A stretch of 64,000 nucleotides of DNA, from positions 2,343 through 66,342 of the forward strand of contig VXSK01000022.1 of NCBI GenBank assembly GCA_009838035.1, read 5' to 3'. A program made the position numbers and the translations under genes. Below, piece by piece: positions 42,314 through 51,833 of this stretch (position 1 is its first letter; every line of letters begins with the position of its first letter). Source of the DNA: Gammaproteobacteria bacterium. Lineage in GTDB: Bacteria > Pseudomonadota > Gammaproteobacteria > Steroidobacterales > Foliamicaceae. Under the pieces are notes generated by a model, which worked only from the letters and a program-made list of their open reading frames with translations, did not search any database and was not told where the DNA came from.

Positions 42314-42390
42314 TGGTGGTGATGGGTGGGCTTGAACCACCGACCTGCGGGTTATGAGTCCGCCGCTCTAACCAGCTGAGCTACATCACC
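42314..42390 (-). tRNA. tRNA with CAT anticodon (probably elongator Met; Ile2 not excluded)
   Basis: GGTGATG/CATCACC acceptor stem, D arm GCTC/GAGC, loop CTCATAA, T arm GGTGG-TTCAAGC-CCACC, encoded CCA. Confidence 0.9.
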
Positions 42391-42392
42391 AC

Positions 42393-42468
42393 TGGTGCCG
42401 GAAGAGGGACTTGAACCCGCAACCTTCCGCTTACAAGGCGGGTGCTCTACCAGTTGAGCTATTCCGGC
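42393..42468 (-). tRNA. tRNA-Thr(TGT)
   Basis: GCCGGAA/TTCCGGC acceptor stem, loop CTTGTAA, GGTTCAAGTCC T loop, encoded CCA. Follows coaX as in many Gammaproteobacteria. Confidence 0.88.
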
Positions 42469-43247
42469 CCGACGCGCAATTCTAACGCGAGCGCGGCCAG
42501 CCCGCGCAGCACCAGGTCCGGCGTCAATCGCGCTTCCGGCAGTTCGCCAGTGGCTAGCAGGGCGTCGGCGCCTCCGCCGGTCAGGAGCAGTGCCGGTGAA
42601 CCCCCTCCCTCGCTTGCCAGCCTTTCCATGCCCGAGCGGATCATGCCCAGTTGCGCCGCCAGCGTTCCTTTCTCCATGGCTTCGGCGCTGTCGGTGCCGG
42701 GTGCGAGATCGCCTGACCGGCCGGCATGGTCCCTGAGCCTCAAGGCGAGTCCGGCCGTTCCCTTCGCCATGGCGGCCAGGCTCATTTCCCGGCCGGGCGC
42801 GATATAGCCGCCCAGATGCCGACCGTCGGCCAGCAGCAGGTCCAAGGTCACGGTGCTACCCGCGTCGACGATGCAATAGTCGGCGGGGCCCAGCGCGTGC
42901 GCGCCGATCAGGGCCGCCCAGCGGTCCGCGCCCAGGTTCAGGGGGTTGGCGTAGGCGGCGGTGACGCCGCAGGCGGAGGCTTGCGCCTGCACGAAAACAA
43001 GTTCGACGGACAGTCTTTCCCGCACCAGTCCGGCCAGCTTGCGTCCAAGTTCAATGCCCGCCACGTTGCAAGCCACCGCGCCGGCTATCGCCTCTTCGCC
43101 ATCGAGGAAAGACAGCCCGGACAGCCCATCGCCGGTGCGTACGGCGCCCGCGCTTTCAGGTTCCTTCCCATCGCCGGGCAGCCAGGCCCACTTGATCCGC
43201 GTATTGCCCAGATCGATCAGAAGGACACGTGAAGAAGCGGCGTTCAC
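42459..43247 (-). CDS. coaX: Type III pantothenate kinase
   Basis: LLIDLGNTRIKW, LGADRW, VDAGSTVTLD, GGYIAPG, LTGGGA. Follows birA. Confidence 0.92.
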   Translation of the reverse strand: MNAASSRVLLIDLGNTRIKWAWLPGDGKEPESAGAVRTGDGLSGLSFLDGEEAIAGAVACNVAGIELGRKLAGLVRERLSVELVFVQAQASACGVTAAYANPLNLGADRWAALIGAHALGPADYCIVDAGSTVTLDLLLADGRHLGGYIAPGREMSLAAMAKGTAGLALRLRDHAGRSGDLAPGTDSAEAMEKGTLAAQLGMIRSGMERLASEGGGSPALLLTGGGADALLATGELPEARLTPDLVLRGLAALALELRVGPE

Positions 43248-43993
43248 AAGCGGATCTCCGCTGACAGGATGCGCCGTTCGCCGCCGGATTCCTCAAGCAG
43301 CAGGGCGCCCGACGAATCGACTCCGGTGGCCGTGCCCACGTGCGTATCGGCGCCGCTTCGTGCCTCGATTCGCTTTCCCGCAAGCCAGTCGCGCCGTTTC
43401 CAGTCGTCCGTCCAGCGGCCGAAACCGTCGACGGGATGCGAATCCAGCACTCCTGCAATCGCCGTGATCATGGCGACCGCCAGGTCGTTGGTCTCGGGCG
43501 CTTTCTGCAGATTGAGCTCCGAAAGGCCGGCCGGGTGCATGCCGCCCGCCCCGGTGACCAGCTTACGCTGTTCTTCGTTTACCCGGATGTTGATGCCCAG
43601 GCCCGCAACCACGCGGGTTTCGGCTCCGCCTTGCGAGGAGGTCTCGACCAGGATGCCGCCCAGCTTGCGGTCCTGCGTCACCAGGTCATTGGGCCACTTC
43701 AATTCCACGCGGTCGGATACGAAGGCCTCCAGGCCTTCGGCAATCGCGACGCCCAGCGCCAGGGCAAGGGAACCGTCCGGGGGCTTCGGCGCGGTCCGGC
43801 TCACGCTTAGCAGCAATCCGGCGCCGGACGGCGAATGCCAGCTCTTTCCGTTCCGCCCCCGCCCGGCGCTCTGATGGCCGGCGAGGCATACCGCCAGGCT
43901 GCCGGCAGTCGGCGTATCCGGAACCTGCAGCAACCGCTCGTTGGTGGACGGCAGCGAATCGTGGATTTCGAGCAGCGTGATTTGCCGGAGCAA
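43244..43993 (-). CDS. birA: Biotin--[acetyl-CoA-carboxylase] ligase (no N-terminal HTH)
   Basis: SLPSTN, QSAGRGRNGKSWHSP, LKWPNDL, KLGGILVE, GLGIN. Start codon uncertain. Confidence 0.88.
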   Translation of the reverse strand: MLRQITLLEIHDSLPSTNERLLQVPDTPTAGSLAVCLAGHQSAGRGRNGKSWHSPSGAGLLLSVSRTAPKPPDGSLALALGVAIAEGLEAFVSDRVELKWPNDLVTQDRKLGGILVETSSQGGAETRVVAGLGINIRVNEEQRKLVTGAGGMHPAGLSELNLQKAPETNDLAVAMITAIAGVLDSHPVDGFGRWTDDWKRRDWLAGKRIEARSGADTHVGTATGVDSSGALLLEESGGERRILSAEIRL

Positions 43994-44046
43994 TGCCGGA
44001 TTGAGCGCTCCCAGCAGTACGTGCCGGTCGTACAGGACTTAAGGCC

Positions 44047-44697
44047 CTACCCGCCGCTCTTGAACCAGTGATCGACCCGCACCTTCCTGAAACTATGCTC
44101 CGATCCGTCGAGCAGGTTGCGGATATTGTCGCGGTGCGTCAAAACCGTGAACGCACCCGCCGCGGCCGCCAGCCAGAACAGTTCCGGCGGCGCCTCGGGC
44201 ATGAAGAAAGCAAGGAACACGGGCGCCGAAACGGCCGCCACCATGGTCGCCAGTCCCACGTAGCCGCTGAGGATCATCACGATCACCCAGACGGCCAGCA
44301 CCGCGCCCACCAGCGGCGCGTGCAGCACCAGGTACGAGCCGAGCAGCGTGGCGAACCCCTTGCCGCCCCGGAACTCGTGCCAAAGCGGATAGCAATGCGC
44401 CGCGGTCACGGACGCTCCCGCGGCCACCTGGACCCAGGTCAGCGAAAACGTCGGGTTCTCCGCAAACGAGTAGGCCAGCGTGGCGAGCGGGCCCACCGCC
44501 AGGATCGCCTTGCCCACGTCGCCGACCATGACCGCCAGGGCAAACCAGAATCCCGCGGCGCGCAGGGCATTGGTGGCGCCGGCGTTGCCGCTGCCCGTTT
44601 TGCGTACATCCAGGTTCCGGAGCTTGCCCAGCGTCAGGCTGAAATTGATCGAGCCGATCAGGTAGGCGAAGACGAGGGATAGGCCGAGTTCAAGCAT
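44047..44697 (-). CDS. plsY: Glycerol-3-phosphate acyltransferase PlsY
   Basis: YLIGSI, DVRKTGSGNAGATNALR, DVGK, HCYP...F.GGKGFAT, THRDNIRNLL.G.E. Confidence 0.92.
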   Translation of the reverse strand: MLELGLSLVFAYLIGSINFSLTLGKLRNLDVRKTGSGNAGATNALRAAGFWFALAVMVGDVGKAILAVGPLATLAYSFAENPTFSLTWVQVAAGASVTAAHCYPLWHEFRGGKGFATLLGSYLVLHAPLVGAVLAVWVIVMILSGYVGLATMVAAVSAPVFLAFFMPEAPPELFWLAAAAGAFTVLTHRDNIRNLLDGSEHSFRKVRVDHWFKSGG

Positions 44698-44703
44698 GCG
44701 TCG

Positions 44704-45351
44704 TCACGCCGCTCCGTGGAGGCTGGGACGTTCGGATACGCGGGCGTGCCAGGCGGCCAGCTCCGCACGGTCTTCCAGCACGGCGAGATCGAACTTGCTT
44801 GCCATTCGTGCGGCCATGTCAACGGCCACCCGCAGCGTGATGTCGGCGATCGTGAATCGGTCCAGCGCCAGGTAGTCGCGGCCGGTCAGCCGGCGGTCCA
44901 TGAAATCCAGGAAGTGCCGGGCGCGCTTGCGGCCCCGCTCCACCAGTTCGGGAATCTGGGCGTAGGCCACAGGACCCGGCAACGCATGGTCCCTGAAGTT
45001 GTTGATCCTGTTGCGGAGGGCTTCGGCGAGCCCGGGCATGCCTTCCTGCTCGACGATGTGGTTCCACATCAGCACCTGCGCGCGCTCGTCGGGACCTGAT
45101 CCGAACAGATTGGGCTCCGGGTACAGATCCTCCAGATAGTGGCATATGGCAACGCACTCGCTGATGCGCGTGCCGTCGTCAGTCTCCAGCACCGGCACCT
45201 GGCAGAGCGGGTTGACCTCCCGGTACTCGGGATTCAATTGCTCCTTCTTGACCAGGTCGACCTCCACGCGCTCCATCTCCAGGCCCTTCTCGGCCAGAAA
45301 AATGTGCAGGCGCTTCGGGTTGGGCGCATGGGCGTAGTCGTACAGCTTCAT
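44704..45351 (-). CDS. Glutathione S-transferase family protein
   Basis: APNPKRLHIFLAEKG, NPLCQVPVLETDDG..ISECVAIC.YLE, FTIADIT. Confidence 0.88.
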   Translation of the reverse strand: MKLYDYAHAPNPKRLHIFLAEKGLEMERVEVDLVKKEQLNPEYREVNPLCQVPVLETDDGTRISECVAICHYLEDLYPEPNLFGSGPDERAQVLMWNHIVEQEGMPGLAEALRNRINNFRDHALPGPVAYAQIPELVERGRKRARHFLDFMDRRLTGRDYLALDRFTIADITLRVAVDMAARMASKFDLAVLEDRAELAAWHARVSERPSLHGAA

Positions 45352-46046
45352 GCCTTCTCCAGTGTCTTCTTGCCCGTTTGACCATAAAGCATCTTGCGCT
45401 GCTCCTCGGTCAGCGGCTTGTCGGACCGCAGTTCCCTGCCGACATCCATTCCACGCTGCAGTGCCGGACGTGCGCGCAGCCTCTCGATCCAGGCAGCCAC
45501 CCGAGGCAACTCTTCGATGCTCTGGCCGAGCCTCTCGTAGGGGGCCGCCCAGGGATAGCAGGCCATGTCCGCGATCGAATACTCGCCGGCCAGGTAATCG
45601 CGGTCCCTGAGCCTGCGCTCCATGACCGCCAGCAAGCGTCCGTACTCGGTCGTGTAGCGCTCGGTAGCGTACTCGTGCTTGCCTTCCTGGTAGATGAGGA
45701 AGTGGCCCGCCTGGCCGGCCATGGGCCCCAGCCCGGCCATCTGCCAGAACAGCCATTGCATCACGTCGAAGCGCTGGTGCGTATCCGTGGGCAGAAAGCG
45801 CCCGGTCTTGTCGGCCAGGTAAACCAGGATGGCGCCCGACTCGAACACCGAAAGCGGGCCGCCGGTCGCGTCGTTGTCGACGATCACGGGCATCCGGTGG
45901 TTGGGGTTCAGCGCCAGGAACTCGGGCGTGAACTGGTCGCCCGCGCCGATATTGACCGGCTTGATGTCGTAAGGTAGCCCGCACTCCTCGAGCATGATGG
46001 CGATCTTGAAGCCGTTGGGCGTCGGCCAGTAGTAAAGATCAATCAA
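45348..46046 (-). CDS. Glutathione S-transferase, YfcG/YghU (nu)-like
   Basis: YYWPTPNGFKIAIMLEE, NPNHRMPVIVD, VFESGAILVYLADK, QMAGLGPMAGQ, YSIADMA. Confidence 0.88.
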   Translation of the reverse strand: MIDLYYWPTPNGFKIAIMLEECGLPYDIKPVNIGAGDQFTPEFLALNPNHRMPVIVDNDATGGPLSVFESGAILVYLADKTGRFLPTDTHQRFDVMQWLFWQMAGLGPMAGQAGHFLIYQEGKHEYATERYTTEYGRLLAVMERRLRDRDYLAGEYSIADMACYPWAAPYERLGQSIEELPRVAAWIERLRARPALQRGMDVGRELRSDKPLTEEQRKMLYGQTGKKTLEKA

Positions 46047-46076
46047 GTTGCTGCTCCTCTTGTGTAAAAAAGGGGG

Positions 46077-47279
46077 TTATTCGGCGCGCAGCGCCAGCAC
46101 CGGGTTCATGCGCGCCGCGCGCACCGCGGGCGCCACGCCCGCGAGGATTCCGATCAGCACCGCGATCATCAGGGCTGCAATGGTATAGGCCACCGAAATA
46201 CTGACCGGGATGACCGGGAACAGCGCGCTCAGCAGCCAGGCCGCGCCCTGGCCCAGGGCCAGTCCGAGCAGGCCGCCGGCGGCTCCTAGCGCAAGCGCTT
46301 CGGCCATGAACAGGCGGCGGACCTCGCGACGCCGGGCCCCCAGCGAGCGAAACAGGCCGATCTCGAAGATGCGCTCCTGAACCGAGATGGTCATGATCGT
46401 GAAGATGCCCACTCCGCCCACCACCAGCGATATGCCACCCAGGGCCGCGACCGCCGAAGTGATCGTGCTCAGAATCACCCGCATGGTGCTGAGCATCTGG
46501 TCCTGGGTTGTTATCGAAAAGTCTTCCGAACCGTGCCGCGCGATCAGCAGGCGCGTGATGTCGCCCTCCACCTCGCTGGCCGGCCGGTTTTCGTCGTAGC
46601 GCACGTCCACTTCCTGCACGCCCAGCATGTTGTAGATTTCCATCGTGTGCCTGACCGGCACAAAGATGATGTCGTTCATGTCGAAGCCGACCGTGGTGCC
46701 GGCATCGGCGAGCACTCCGACCACCCGGAAGCGCTGCCCGGCAACACGGATGTACTGTCCCAGCGCGTTGTCCGCTCCGAACAGTCGGCGCTTCATTTCG
46801 CTGCCCAGTACCGCAAGCGGACGCGAGGCCTCGAAGTCCTCCTGCGGCAGGAACCGGCCCGACGCGACTTCCAGCGAGAATATCTCGGGAAGGCTGGGGC
46901 CGGTCCCCAGCACCGTCACGTCGCGCTTGATGCCCTCGCGTTCCGCTTCCGCAAATCCCATGACCGCGGGGGCAACGGCCTTGACCGAACTCAGTCGCCC
47001 GATCGCCAGCGCATCGTCCAGGGTCAGCGGACGCACCGTATTGGTGTTCAGCCCGGGGGGTCCGCCGATGGTGACGGTCTTTCCGGGCGTGATGACCAGG
47101 AAGTGCGTTCCGAAGCGAGTGGCTTCGGTCTCCATGAATTCATACATGCCCTCGCCGATGGACGTCAGCAGAATCACGGCGGCCACGCCGATTCCCGTGC
47201 CGAGGGCGGTCAGCAGCGTGCGCAGACGATGCATGGACAGCGCGCGCAAAGCCAGGCGCAACAGGTCAACGGGACTCAT
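46077..47279 (-). CDS. ABC transporter permease (MacB/FtsX-like)
   Basis: RLRTLLTALGTGIG, ISLVVGGVGIFTIM.ISVQER..EIG, ARMNPVLALRAE. Confidence 0.88.
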   Translation of the reverse strand: MSPVDLLRLALRALSMHRLRTLLTALGTGIGVAAVILLTSIGEGMYEFMETEATRFGTHFLVITPGKTVTIGGPPGLNTNTVRPLTLDDALAIGRLSSVKAVAPAVMGFAEAEREGIKRDVTVLGTGPSLPEIFSLEVASGRFLPQEDFEASRPLAVLGSEMKRRLFGADNALGQYIRVAGQRFRVVGVLADAGTTVGFDMNDIIFVPVRHTMEIYNMLGVQEVDVRYDENRPASEVEGDITRLLIARHGSEDFSITTQDQMLSTMRVILSTITSAVAALGGISLVVGGVGIFTIMTISVQERIFEIGLFRSLGARRREVRRLFMAEALALGAAGGLLGLALGQGAAWLLSALFPVIPVSISVAYTIAALMIAVLIGILAGVAPAVRAARMNPVLALRAE

Positions 47280-48490
47280 CAGATGCGCCCTCTCAGCGCC
47301 TGCACCGGGTCCAGGCGGGCCGCCTTGCGCGCGGGCAGCGCTCCGAACACCAGGCCGCTGCCCACGGCGGTAATCACCGCCGCCAGCACGGCCCACCAGG
47401 GCGGCCGGATTTCAATGGCCGGGAACAGTTGCTGCGCGAACCAGATCAGCAGGTAACCCAGTCCCAGCCCGCACACGGTCCCGATTACCGCAAGAAGCGC
47501 GGCCTCGCCGATAAACAGGCGCATGATCTGGCGGCGGGCTGCTCCTATGGCCATGTAGAGGCCGATCTCCGACGTCCGCTGGCTGACCGCTACCAGCATC
47601 ACGTTCATGATCAGGACCCCGGCCACGATCAGGCTGATCCCGGCGATACCGCCGAGTGCGGCCGTAATCGCGTTGAAGATGCCGTCGAATACCGACAGGA
47701 CCGCGTCCTGGGTGATGGTTATGAAATCCTGCTTGCCGTAATGCTGTTCCTTCAGGCGTTCGGTGAGCCGGCGGATGACTCCGGGCACCGACTCGCGGTC
47801 GCGGGCCTGGACCATGATGTTGGTCAAGGCTTCGGTATTGAACATGGTCGCCGCGAAAGCCACCGGAACCACGACGATCTCGCCCACGTTGATCCCGATG
47901 CTCTGGCCCGTATCGGCCAGCAGCCCCACGATCCGGCAGCGGGAGTCTCCGAGCCGCAGCCAGGTGCCCAGGGCGGGTTCGGAGCCATACAGTTCCTTGA
48001 CCAGCAGTTCTCCCGCCACGCACACCGGGGAAATGCGGTCCATGTCCATGCGCGGGAAGAAAGTTCCGGCACTCAGGTCGAGCCCCCGGATGTGGAAATA
48101 GTCCCGGGTGGTGCCCATCACGAACGATTCCCGTTCCTTCCCGCCCCGCGAGGCGGGCAGGGCACCCATCATCATTGGCGCCGCCTTCATCACGCCCGGC
48201 ACGCGCATCACCACTTCCGCGTCGCGGTAGGTCAGGTCGCGGGGAGCCTCACCGGAAAAACCGAACGGGTTGGAGCCGGATTCGCCGGGATTGCCGGGCT
48301 GCACGATGATGAGTTCGGTCCCCAGGATCCGGAATTCGCCGGTAACGAACAGGCGGCCCGCTTCGCCCAGCGCGGTCAGCAGCAGCACCGACACGATCCC
48401 GATGGACGTGGCGAGCATCATCATGGCGGCGCGCAGCCGGTGACGGAACATCGAGCGCGTCGCCATCAACAGCAGGTCGTTGGTTTTCAT
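47279..48490 (-). CDS. ABC transporter permease (MacB/FtsX-like)
   Basis: ISLIVAGVLIMNVMLVAVSQRTSEIG, AARLDPVQALR. Confidence 0.88.
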   Translation of the reverse strand: MKTNDLLLMATRSMFRHRLRAAMMMLATSIGIVSVLLLTALGEAGRLFVTGEFRILGTELIIVQPGNPGESGSNPFGFSGEAPRDLTYRDAEVVMRVPGVMKAAPMMMGALPASRGGKERESFVMGTTRDYFHIRGLDLSAGTFFPRMDMDRISPVCVAGELLVKELYGSEPALGTWLRLGDSRCRIVGLLADTGQSIGINVGEIVVVPVAFAATMFNTEALTNIMVQARDRESVPGVIRRLTERLKEQHYGKQDFITITQDAVLSVFDGIFNAITAALGGIAGISLIVAGVLIMNVMLVAVSQRTSEIGLYMAIGAARRQIMRLFIGEAALLAVIGTVCGLGLGYLLIWFAQQLFPAIEIRPPWWAVLAAVITAVGSGLVFGALPARKAARLDPVQALRGRI

Positions 48491-48586
48491 TTGCCTGGGT
48501 TTTCGTGGGCAGATGAATTGTGCCTCATGTGGCTTGATGACGCCGAACGGTTACAGTAGCGGCTTCCGATTGACCGGGGCCCCACC

Positions 48587-49336
48587 ATGTTTGCCGGATT
48601 CGAACAACTCCTGCAGGAACACCAGGCCTGGCTGTGGTTCCTGACGGTCATGCTGGACCTCGGGTTCGCGATCCTGCTGTACCGGTTCTTCGGGCGCTAC
48701 GGCCTCTACGGGGCCATCGTCCTGAGCCTCGTCATGGCCAATATCCAGGGTCCGAAACTCACGACCGTCATGGGCCTTGAGACCAGCATGGCGGTCATCC
48801 TTTACTCCAGCATCTTCTTCGCCACCGACCTCCTGAGCGAGAAGTTCGGCCGGCGGGAGGCGCAGCGGGCGGTCCTGCTGGGGTTTGCCGTCAGCGTGAT
48901 GGTGGTGGTGATCAGCCGGGTGGGTTTGTTCTATGCGCCCACATCCGATCCGGACACGGCCGCGTACGCCTTGAGAATGCACGAGGCCATGGCGGCGCTG
49001 TTCGACTACACGCCCCGCTTCGTGTTCGGATCGCTGTTGGCCTATCTACTGAGCCAGAGCTTCGACGTGTGGGTGTTTCACCGGATTCGCAAGGCGACCG
49101 GCGTGAAGCATCTGTGGCTGCGCAACACCGGCTCCACACTCCTTTCGCAGGTCGTGGACACGCTGATCTACGGCCTGGTCGTGTGGTGGGGGATCGTCGA
49201 TCTCGTGACCGCGCTGCAACTGGCCGCGGCCAAATACGTATTCAAGTTCCTGATCGCCGTGATCGACACGCCGTTCATCTACTGGGCCCGGACCTGGAAG
49301 CGGACCGGGCTCGCGCGCGCCGCGGCCGAGCGTTAA
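48587..49336 (+). CDS. yhhQ: Queuosine precursor (preQ0) transporter, YhhQ/VUT family
   Basis: MANIQGPK, FFATDLLSEKFG, GSLLAYLLSQSFDVWVF, LWLRNTGSTLLSQVVDT, DTPFIYW. Confidence 0.8.
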   Translation: MFAGFEQLLQEHQAWLWFLTVMLDLGFAILLYRFFGRYGLYGAIVLSLVMANIQGPKLTTVMGLETSMAVILYSSIFFATDLLSEKFGRREAQRAVLLGFAVSVMVVVISRVGLFYAPTSDPDTAAYALRMHEAMAALFDYTPRFVFGSLLAYLLSQSFDVWVFHRIRKATGVKHLWLRNTGSTLLSQVVDTLIYGLVVWWGIVDLVTALQLAAAKYVFKFLIAVIDTPFIYWARTWKRTGLARAAAER

Positions 49337-49369
49337 ACGCCCGGTTCCTTTTGCGGAGTCTCAATGGCG

Positions 49370-49410
49370 CGCGCCCATCCCGCCGGGGATGCCCCGGCGG
49401 GATGGGCGCG
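49370..49410. terminator. Perfect 19-bp GC-rich hairpin between convergent genes (probable bidirectional terminator)
   Basis: CGCGCCCATCCCGCCGGGG-ATG-CCCCGGCGGGATGGGCGCG. No long U tract on either side. Confidence 0.55.
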
Positions 49411-49478
49411 AAACCAAGCGCCTTTTGGGTGATTCAGGGCGTGGTGCGCTAAGTGCGCGCGACGCCCCAGGAATCCTG

Positions 49479-49814
49479 TTACAGGCTTCCCTTGGATATC
49501 AGGTTCCAGGCACGTACGCCCAGCACGCCCGCGCCACCTGACAGGTAGACGACCGCAACCTGATCGACGATATTGTCGAGGAAGCCGCCGACTGCCGGGA
49601 CGTTGGAAAGCACGTCCGCTCCGCCGGCGGCGGCGACCACCAGTGCGGTGGTCAGAAACGCCTGCGGATTTGCGGCATCAATGTTCATTACGGCGTAAGC
49701 CACTCCGAGCACGACCATGGCCAGCGGGAGAAGGTCGCCGGGGACCGCGCCGGGCGCAACGCCCTCTATGACAGCAGCAAGGATCGCAAGACCGTAAACC
49801 ACACGTGTCGCCAT
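49479..49814 (-). CDS. Small hydrophobic membrane protein of unknown function
   Basis: GGGAGG RBS 7 nt before ATG 49814; 3-4 hydrophobic segments. Confidence 0.6.
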   Translation of the reverse strand: MATRVVYGLAILAAVIEGVAPGAVPGDLLPLAMVVLGVAYAVMNIDAANPQAFLTTALVVAAAGGADVLSNVPAVGGFLDNIVDQVAVVYLSGGAGVLGVRAWNLISKGSL

Positions 49815-49923
49815 TTCCATTCCTCCCAAGTTGGCTAAACAAGCTTCCCAACCTTATCACGCGAAATCGGGCGGGAGGACGGCGCAGGTCGGCGCGCGGC
49901 GATTGCCTTATGGCTGCCCGGAT

Positions 49924-50598
49924 TCAGAGGCGCTCGTCGCCGCCGATACGACCGTCCAGCATGGTCAGCCGCCGCCGCGCGCGGCGGCCGAGGTCCGGGT
50001 CGTGGGTCACGACGACCAGCGTGAGCCCGTCCTCGTTCAGCGATTCCAGAAGCCGGATGATTTCCATGCTTGAGCGCGAATCGAGGTTGCCGGTGGGCTC
50101 GTCGGCCAGCAGCAACTTGGGAGACATGACGATGGAGCGCGCGATGGCGGCTCGCTGGAGCTGACCGCCGGAGAGCTGGTTCGGGCGGTGCTCCATGCGG
50201 TCGGCCAGTTCGACGCGCTCGAGCGCGCGCCTGACCTTCTCGCGGCGCTTTCGCCGGCGCCAGCCGGCCAGTGTCAGCGGCAGTTCGACGTTCTCGAAGG
50301 CGGTCAGGCGCGGAACCAGGTGGAAGAACTGGAACACGAAGCCAATCACCTCGCGCCGCGTGCGCGCCAGCTTGTCGTCGGACATCTTCGCGGTGTCTTC
50401 GCCGAGCAGGCGGTAGCTGCCGCCGTCCGGCGAGTCCAGCAGGCCGATGATGTTCAGCAGCGTGGACTTGCCCGACCCGGACGGTCCCATGATCGACAGG
50501 TATTCGCCCGCCTCGACTTCCAGCGTGATGTTGCGCAACGCGTGCACCACCTGCTCGCCGACCGGGTAGTCGCGGAAAACGCTGGTGAGGGCCAACAC
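49924..50598 (-). CDS. ABC transporter ATP-binding protein (LolD/MacB-like)
   Basis: GPSGSGKST, LSGGQLQRAAIAR, LLADEPTGNLD, VVTHD. Confidence 0.92.
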   Translation of the reverse strand: MLALTSVFRDYPVGEQVVHALRNITLEVEAGEYLSIMGPSGSGKSTLLNIIGLLDSPDGGSYRLLGEDTAKMSDDKLARTRREVIGFVFQFFHLVPRLTAFENVELPLTLAGWRRRKRREKVRRALERVELADRMEHRPNQLSGGQLQRAAIARSIVMSPKLLLADEPTGNLDSRSSMEIIRLLESLNEDGLTLVVVTHDPDLGRRARRRLTMLDGRIGGDERL

Positions 50599-50632
50599 CG
50601 GGCGATACCCTCTGGCCGGAATCGGCTGCGGT

Positions 50633-51781
50633 CTATTCCGCTGCGCGCACTGCCGGCGCGCCCGGCTCGACGCCCGCCCGGTCCAGGCTCAGGACCACCA
50701 GTTCCCCGTTCCTGGCGCCCTCGGTGATCTCGGTGAATTCCCAGTTGCCCAGGCCGATCTCGACCGTGCGTTCCTCGAGAAGACCCGTTTCCGTGTTCAG
50801 CACCATGATCCGTTCGTCCTCGATGACCGCCTCCGTCGGCACGCGAAGGGCCTCGTCGCGCACGTCCACGATCACTTCCACGTCGGCGCTGTAGCCCGGC
50901 ATCAGCCCGTAGCGTTGCGGGTTGTTGATCTCGGCCTCGATCTCCACGGTGCGCGCCTGTTTCTCCAGATCCAGCACGTAAGGCGCAACGCGCCGCACGA
51001 AGCCGGGAAAGAACTGGTCCGGGAAAGCATCAAGCAGGATTCGGGCTTCTTGCCCCGCCTGGACCAGCGGCGCATCGACCTCGTCGATCGGGGCGGTGAT
51101 ATACAGGCAGTTGTTGTCGATCACGTCCACCGTGGGCAGCGTCGCAACGCCCATGGGCGAGGGTGTCACGAACTCGCCCAATTCGCCGTTGATCTCGGCG
51201 ATGACGCCGTCGAAGGGTGAGCGCAGGATGGTGCGTTCCAGGCGTGCGCGGTTGACTTCCACGCGCGCCTCGGCGGCGCTTGCGGAATCGTTGGCCGCCT
51301 TGCAGGACGCGGCCCGCGCTTCCCCTTCGGCTTGGGCCCTTTCCAGCTCCTCCTCGGAGACCAGGTTGTCGTCATGCAGCTTGGCCAGCCGCACCGCCTC
51401 GCGCGCCGCCAGGTCGGCCCGCGTGCAGCTTTCCGCCGCCCGCGACCGCTCTGCAACCATGTTGCGCTGCGAGAGTTCGATTTCGGAGCGCAGGTCCTCG
51501 TTCCAGACCTCCAGCAGCACCTGGCCTTCGGTCACGGCGTCGCCCTCCGCTACGGGAAGGCTCGCAATCTGGCCTGCGGAGGCCGGCGACATCTGCGCCC
51601 GCCGGCAGGCGTCCACCGTGCCCGCGCGAGTGTTCAGCACCGTCTTTCGAATCTCTCCGGTGGTCACCTCGGCCACCCGCACTTCGACCCCGTCCTCGCC
51701 GCCCGAAAACAGGCTGAAGGCGCCCACGATCACGATCGCGGCGATCGCGATCCAGATGCTGTACTTGACGGCCGGGCGCAT
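50633..51781 (-). CDS. Periplasmic adaptor (MacA/HlyD-family membrane fusion protein)
   Basis: N-terminal membrane anchor, GDAVTEGQVL lipoyl half-motif, coiled coil, SPFDGVI, PGYSADVEVIV, VPTEAV. Confidence 0.88.
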   Translation of the reverse strand: MRPAVKYSIWIAIAAIVIVGAFSLFSGGEDGVEVRVAEVTTGEIRKTVLNTRAGTVDACRRAQMSPASAGQIASLPVAEGDAVTEGQVLLEVWNEDLRSEIELSQRNMVAERSRAAESCTRADLAAREAVRLAKLHDDNLVSEEELERAQAEGEARAASCKAANDSASAAEARVEVNRARLERTILRSPFDGVIAEINGELGEFVTPSPMGVATLPTVDVIDNNCLYITAPIDEVDAPLVQAGQEARILLDAFPDQFFPGFVRRVAPYVLDLEKQARTVEIEAEINNPQRYGLMPGYSADVEVIVDVRDEALRVPTEAVIEDERIMVLNTETGLLEERTVEIGLGNWEFTEITEGARNGELVVLSLDRAGVEPGAPAVRAAE

Positions 51782-51833
51782 GGCTGCGTGAGTATAGCCG
51801 CGTCCGCCCGGCCACCCGCGTTATATTCCCCGA

